Below are positions 16,201 through 18,969 of a stretch of DNA of 18,969 nt, piece after piece. The position numbers and the translations under genes were made by a program. The stretch's first letter is position 1. Every line of letters starts with the position of its first letter. The notes under the pieces are model-generated. The model did not search any database, was not told the DNA's origin, and saw nothing but the letters and a program-made list of their open reading frames with translations. This DNA comes from an uncultured bacterium (GTDB lineage: Bacteria > CSSED10-310 > CAZUFC01), in contig CAZUFC010000146.1 in the NCBI GenBank assembly GCA_964619725.1, positions 1-18,969 of the forward strand, in the 5' to 3' direction.

Positions 16201-16617
16201 ACGCTGGCCAGGCATGGACAACCCGTATTGACTCCTCCGCAAGGCGTCGAACATATAAAAGATGTTAGTCGATTAATCGTGAATAAAATATGCGATGCTT
16301 TCCAGGAACGGATCAATTCTCTTCCGATAGAAGATGAAGCTGAACGGGAGGAACGTCTTCGAAGCGTGCATGATCGGATCGCAGACCTGATCGACTCATG
16401 GATCAAGGTTGTCGATGACTATAAGAACGAAGGCGTACAAGTGAAGTATCAGAAATATGAATACAAACACGGAAAACATCTTTTGCTGGACATGCTGGAA
16501 AAGGACCATGAATCTGAGCATCACGAAAAATTTCGCGTCAACAGGTCAATGAGAGATGTCGAGCCTGACGTCAACCTTTTCATAAAAGATGCGGGCGGTA
16601 AAGGCTGGGAGGAATAA
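13228..16617 (+). CDS. drmA: DISARM SF2 helicase DrmA
   Basis: 1129 aa with N-terminal LRLDLVGP...PSNWYLTGFL, WRPFQLAF, FPTGGGKTEAY (Walker A), RYTLRLLTLDQ, CPWC...C....C, IQDELH (Walker B), ATNMISVGLD and YIQATSRVGR. Confidence 0.95.
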   Translation: MTKKRQNSPRNSQEVRERLIEALRLDLVGPWSGNELAEERLPGWVRPSNWYLTGFLIPSGASPEQSSDIDEDDDLDEIPENSGHDEENSEDRRAAKKGFFPSSMGLSFLVAKGAEALSVRVTWGDYEPAEIQVKEEKNISVWQRRPQERSIDIPLNQSDLPVKKKIPDSGGLMIFVVERLITGEGLSDHIPEGTRSVSVFLVNYRSSIKEEPDRAFVFQPELQVHSEIPFVPRPDLRGTRAEDWDEQTADLHYAETPAYATGHGVSAEWTITEGACRSLRTVWIPSAEVEKTKTVQIPGVELSMDRLGAVKNGSEAKTALMPLVDNYRSWIENRRSNLDACNPRRHETAEELLRLAGVAADRIEQGITMLSKFPSALDAFRMANRAVGRALKKRLKIDDQKWRPFQLAFILLNISGIAEPTDPHRETADLLFFPTGGGKTEAYLGLAAFAMVLRRLRHPDDDFKAGAGVSVIMRYTLRLLTLDQLNRASGLICALELERKQNPQQYGEWPFEIGLWVGKAATPNIMGRKGDGRSDTARMKVRHFKKDPRFKPSPIPLENCPWCGKRFRPDSFTLLPNDDHPKELRIVCADFECDFTRENPLPVVAVDEQIYRRLPAFLIATVDKFATLPWMGKSGALLGGADRTGEDGFYGPAEPGMGIRLTEPVPPPDLIIQDELHLISGPLGTMTGLYESAIEALCVREVDEKKIKPKIVASTATVRRAQDQIQSLFGRGTTQIFPPPGPDRRDSFFARIVPVSEAPARLYVGIAAQGRSPKLIMRRIWLALMAAAEKAYRDAGGNRNKKNPADPYMTVLGYFNSLRELGGARRVIEEQIQNTIKAYGERKRIGEEKGLFQNRKNFKEVVELTSRVPTNKAAEARRRLEAPFYEKQRVDCAIATNMISVGLDIPRLGLMVVMGQPKTHAEYIQATSRVGRADDKPGLVVTMLNVHKPRDRSHYERFRHYHETFYRSVEAGSVTPFSARALDKGLAGALVTLARHGQPVLTPPQGVEHIKDVSRLIVNKICDAFQERINSLPIEDEAEREERLRSVHDRIADLIDSWIKVVDDYKNEGVQVKYQKYEYKHGKHLLLDMLEKDHESEHHEKFRVNRSMRDVEPDVNLFIKDAGGKGWEE

Positions 16618-16619
16618 TC

Positions 16620-18413
16620 ATGAGCATAAAGGCACATGGGCAGATACGTCGCAGCCAAGCCATTACGACATGGGGGCCTGGGGCTCTTCTTGATCTGCCG
16701 CGCCATTCGGTTATCGTGGGCGGACTTGACTTCTGGCCGAGAATGAGTGATCTTGACGAAATCAACGAATCGCGTCTGGCGCGTAAAATTAGCAGCATCA
16801 CAGGAATCGCTTCACCCAGGTTATATGCGCCGCCAACGGATTCAGACGATCCGAATAAACAAAAGAGGGGTATAGGCGTCTGGCGGTTTCCAGAATGGTT
16901 TGTGGTGCAGGAAGCAGAGAGCGATGAACAGGGAAGGTCGAGAAGGCTAGTTAATCGTAAAGCGCTCGACGACAAGGGTAAATTCGAAGGTAAAAATGTC
17001 GTGGCTACGCGATTCGTAAGAGCCTGCGCACGGGGACATGTGGACGACATCAACTGGTATGTGTTTGTTCACGGTCCGGACAGCAAATGTCGCCGTCCGC
17101 TATGGCTTGATGAAAAAGGCACAAGCGGTGATCTGTCAGAACTCATAGTACGTTGCGAATGCGGAGAATCCCGGAATCTGATCGATGCAACTCGTTCTGA
17201 CGAGAAAAGTTTGGGTCACTGCAGCGGCAGGAAACCCTGGCTGGGAAAGCATGTATATGAAGAGTGTAACCTTAAAAGCCGTCTTCTGATAAGAACGGCA
17301 GCCAACGCTTATTTTCCCCAGGTTATGAGCGTTCTTTCCCTACCCGACAGATCGAGCGCGGTGCAATCAGCGGTAAGGGATTTATGGGATGACCTTAACA
17401 TCGTCGAAAAAGAAACAGAATTATCTTTTCTGAAAAAGAAGCCGAAAATCAAGGAAAAACTTGATCGATTTTCGGACGATGAGGTCCTCGAATCAATAAA
17501 GAACATTAAGCAAGGCGGTGCAAGAGAACTTCCGGTAAAACTCGTCGAACTGGAAGCTATACTCTCTGTACCTGAAGGATACGGCGACGATGTGCCCATT
17601 GATCCGAATTTCCATGCACGGCGGCTTCCCGAACGGGCCTGGAGAAAATCAGTAATCTCTGAAAATATTGAGAACGTATTCCAAATACATCGATTACGCG
17701 AAGTTTTAGCCATGATCGGATTTACAAGATTGGAAGCCATCGCGCCCGATATCCACGGTGAATTTGAATCAGACGTCGAACGAGCCGAACTTGCCGATGA
17801 ACCTTCATGGTTTCCTGCGGTAGAGAACCGTGGAGAAGGAATATTTATTCAGCTAAGAAAGGAGTCGGTGCAAGATTGGTTTGATCGGTCGCCGGTAAAG
17901 GAAAGGATAGATCAACTGGAAGCCGGGCATAAGCGCTGGAATGAAAACCGGAATAAAGAAAGACCATTCCCGGGCGGTCCCTATATATTGCTTCACACTC
18001 TTTCTCATCTTCTAATCCAATCACTGGCTATGCGTTGCGGTTATCCGGCAAGCGCCATACGGGAAAGGATTTATGTCGATGCGGAGACGGGAAGATTCGG
18101 CATACTTTTATACACGGGCAGCCCCGATGCTCAAGGAACTCTGGGAGGACTCGTTCAACAGGCTCGCAGTATAGAGATTCATTTAAGGCAAGCCCTGCTG
18201 GCCGGCAGTCTATGTTCCAACGATCCTATTTGCGCCCAACATTCACCGAATGAAAGCATGGAAAGCCGCTGGCTGCACGGCGCCGCGTGCCATGGATGTA
18301 CTTTGGTTGCCGAGACTTGTTGTGAAATGCGTAATGATTACCTGGACAGGGCTCTTGTAGTTCCGACTTTGACGATCGACGCCGCCGCTTTCTTCGGAGA
18401 AATAAGCCGATGA
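16620..18413 (+). CDS. drmB: DISARM DUF1998-domain protein DrmB
   Basis: 597 aa. Starts GQIRRSQAITTWGPGA. C-terminal LLHTLSHLLI...GY...IRERIY...GTLGGLV...CSNDPIC...GAACHGC...E..CE..N..LDR is the DUF1998 Cys motif. RBS GGAGG lies in the last codons of drmA. Confidence 0.95.
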   Translation: MSIKAHGQIRRSQAITTWGPGALLDLPRHSVIVGGLDFWPRMSDLDEINESRLARKISSITGIASPRLYAPPTDSDDPNKQKRGIGVWRFPEWFVVQEAESDEQGRSRRLVNRKALDDKGKFEGKNVVATRFVRACARGHVDDINWYVFVHGPDSKCRRPLWLDEKGTSGDLSELIVRCECGESRNLIDATRSDEKSLGHCSGRKPWLGKHVYEECNLKSRLLIRTAANAYFPQVMSVLSLPDRSSAVQSAVRDLWDDLNIVEKETELSFLKKKPKIKEKLDRFSDDEVLESIKNIKQGGARELPVKLVELEAILSVPEGYGDDVPIDPNFHARRLPERAWRKSVISENIENVFQIHRLREVLAMIGFTRLEAIAPDIHGEFESDVERAELADEPSWFPAVENRGEGIFIQLRKESVQDWFDRSPVKERIDQLEAGHKRWNENRNKERPFPGGPYILLHTLSHLLIQSLAMRCGYPASAIRERIYVDAETGRFGILLYTGSPDAQGTLGGLVQQARSIEIHLRQALLAGSLCSNDPICAQHSPNESMESRWLHGAACHGCTLVAETCCEMRNDYLDRALVVPTLTIDAAAFFGEISR

Positions 18414-18969
18414 AATCCCTTCATTCCCTCCCGGCTCATATTCGTAAACGTCTTGCACAAGCGCTCGCTTCCGGTATAATTTCAATACCTTGTTCAAAAG
18501 CATCGCTCAAGTCGGCGCTCGGTATTCGTCAGGATAATGAAGCCATTATGCAGACATTGCAGGAATTCGAAGGATTGGGCGTTACGGCTAAGGCAGCAGC
18601 GGAATGGATCAGAGACCTGGAAGCTGCAGAAAACAGGATAAACCGTACGGATATGGTATGGTCGGGTCCGGAAGTTCCAGGGTTGCACGCACGTGATACG
18701 AGGAGGGTATTTGAGGAACTGATAAATTCTGCTCAACGCTCGATATGGATAAGCGCCTATGCCTATTTCGACGGTCCGAAGGCGTTTGAGCTTTTAGCGC
18801 GGAATATGGATGAGAATCCCGACCTTCTAGTGCGGATTATGTTGAATATCCAGAGAAAAAGAAACGATGATTCTTCCGCTGAATATATAATCAGTCGCTT
18901 CGCCGAACGTTTCTGGGTTTCAGACTGGCCGGGCGAAGCACGACCTTCCGTCTATTATGACCCGCGATC
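18410..18969 (+). CDS. drmC: DISARM phospholipase D-like nuclease DrmC (partial; runs off the window)
   Basis: ATGA overlap with the drmB stop, and the frame is open to the window end. Hand translation: MKSLHSLPAHIRKRLAQAL...DMVWSGPEVPGLHARDTRRVFEELINSAQRSIWISAYAYFDGPKAF...MLNIQRK...DWPGEARPSVYYDPR. The HKD motif is not within the window, so the call rests on these motifs and synteny. Confidence 0.88.
   Translation, partial: MKSLHSLPAHIRKRLAQALASGIISIPCSKASLKSALGIRQDNEAIMQTLQEFEGLGVTAKAAAEWIRDLEAAENRINRTDMVWSGPEVPGLHARDTRRVFEELINSAQRSIWISAYAYFDGPKAFELLARNMDENPDLLVRIMLNIQRKRNDDSSAEYIISRFAERFWVSDWPGEARPSVYYDPR

Overview
Bacterial defence-island window. The right two-thirds (5644-end) is a class I DISARM anti-phage locus: drmD (SNF2 helicase), drmMI (N6-adenine methyltransferase), drmA (helicase), drmB (DUF1998) and drmC (PLD nuclease, cut by the window edge and absent from the ORF track). 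The left third (214-5544) is partly decayed accessory DNA: a 5'-truncated His-rich gene coupled to a DUF1828-like gene, an intact phd-vapC toxin-antitoxin pair with a clear promoter and operator, a collapsed AAA ATPase pseudogene, an AlbA_2(Schlafen)-HATPase-HTH gene and a 3'-truncated DUF1156-type methylase. The most unusual signal is non-coding. This 5.3-kb block appears to start and end inside genes, right at the two halves of a split 25-bp palindrome (TGTCAGGAGTT-ca(g/c)-AACTCCTGACA) whose 9-bp core is duplicated. A third half-site sits at position 1, and the adjacent ~120-bp hairpin-bearing linker recurs between drmMI and drmA. Family assignments come from motif recognition only; no searches were run.
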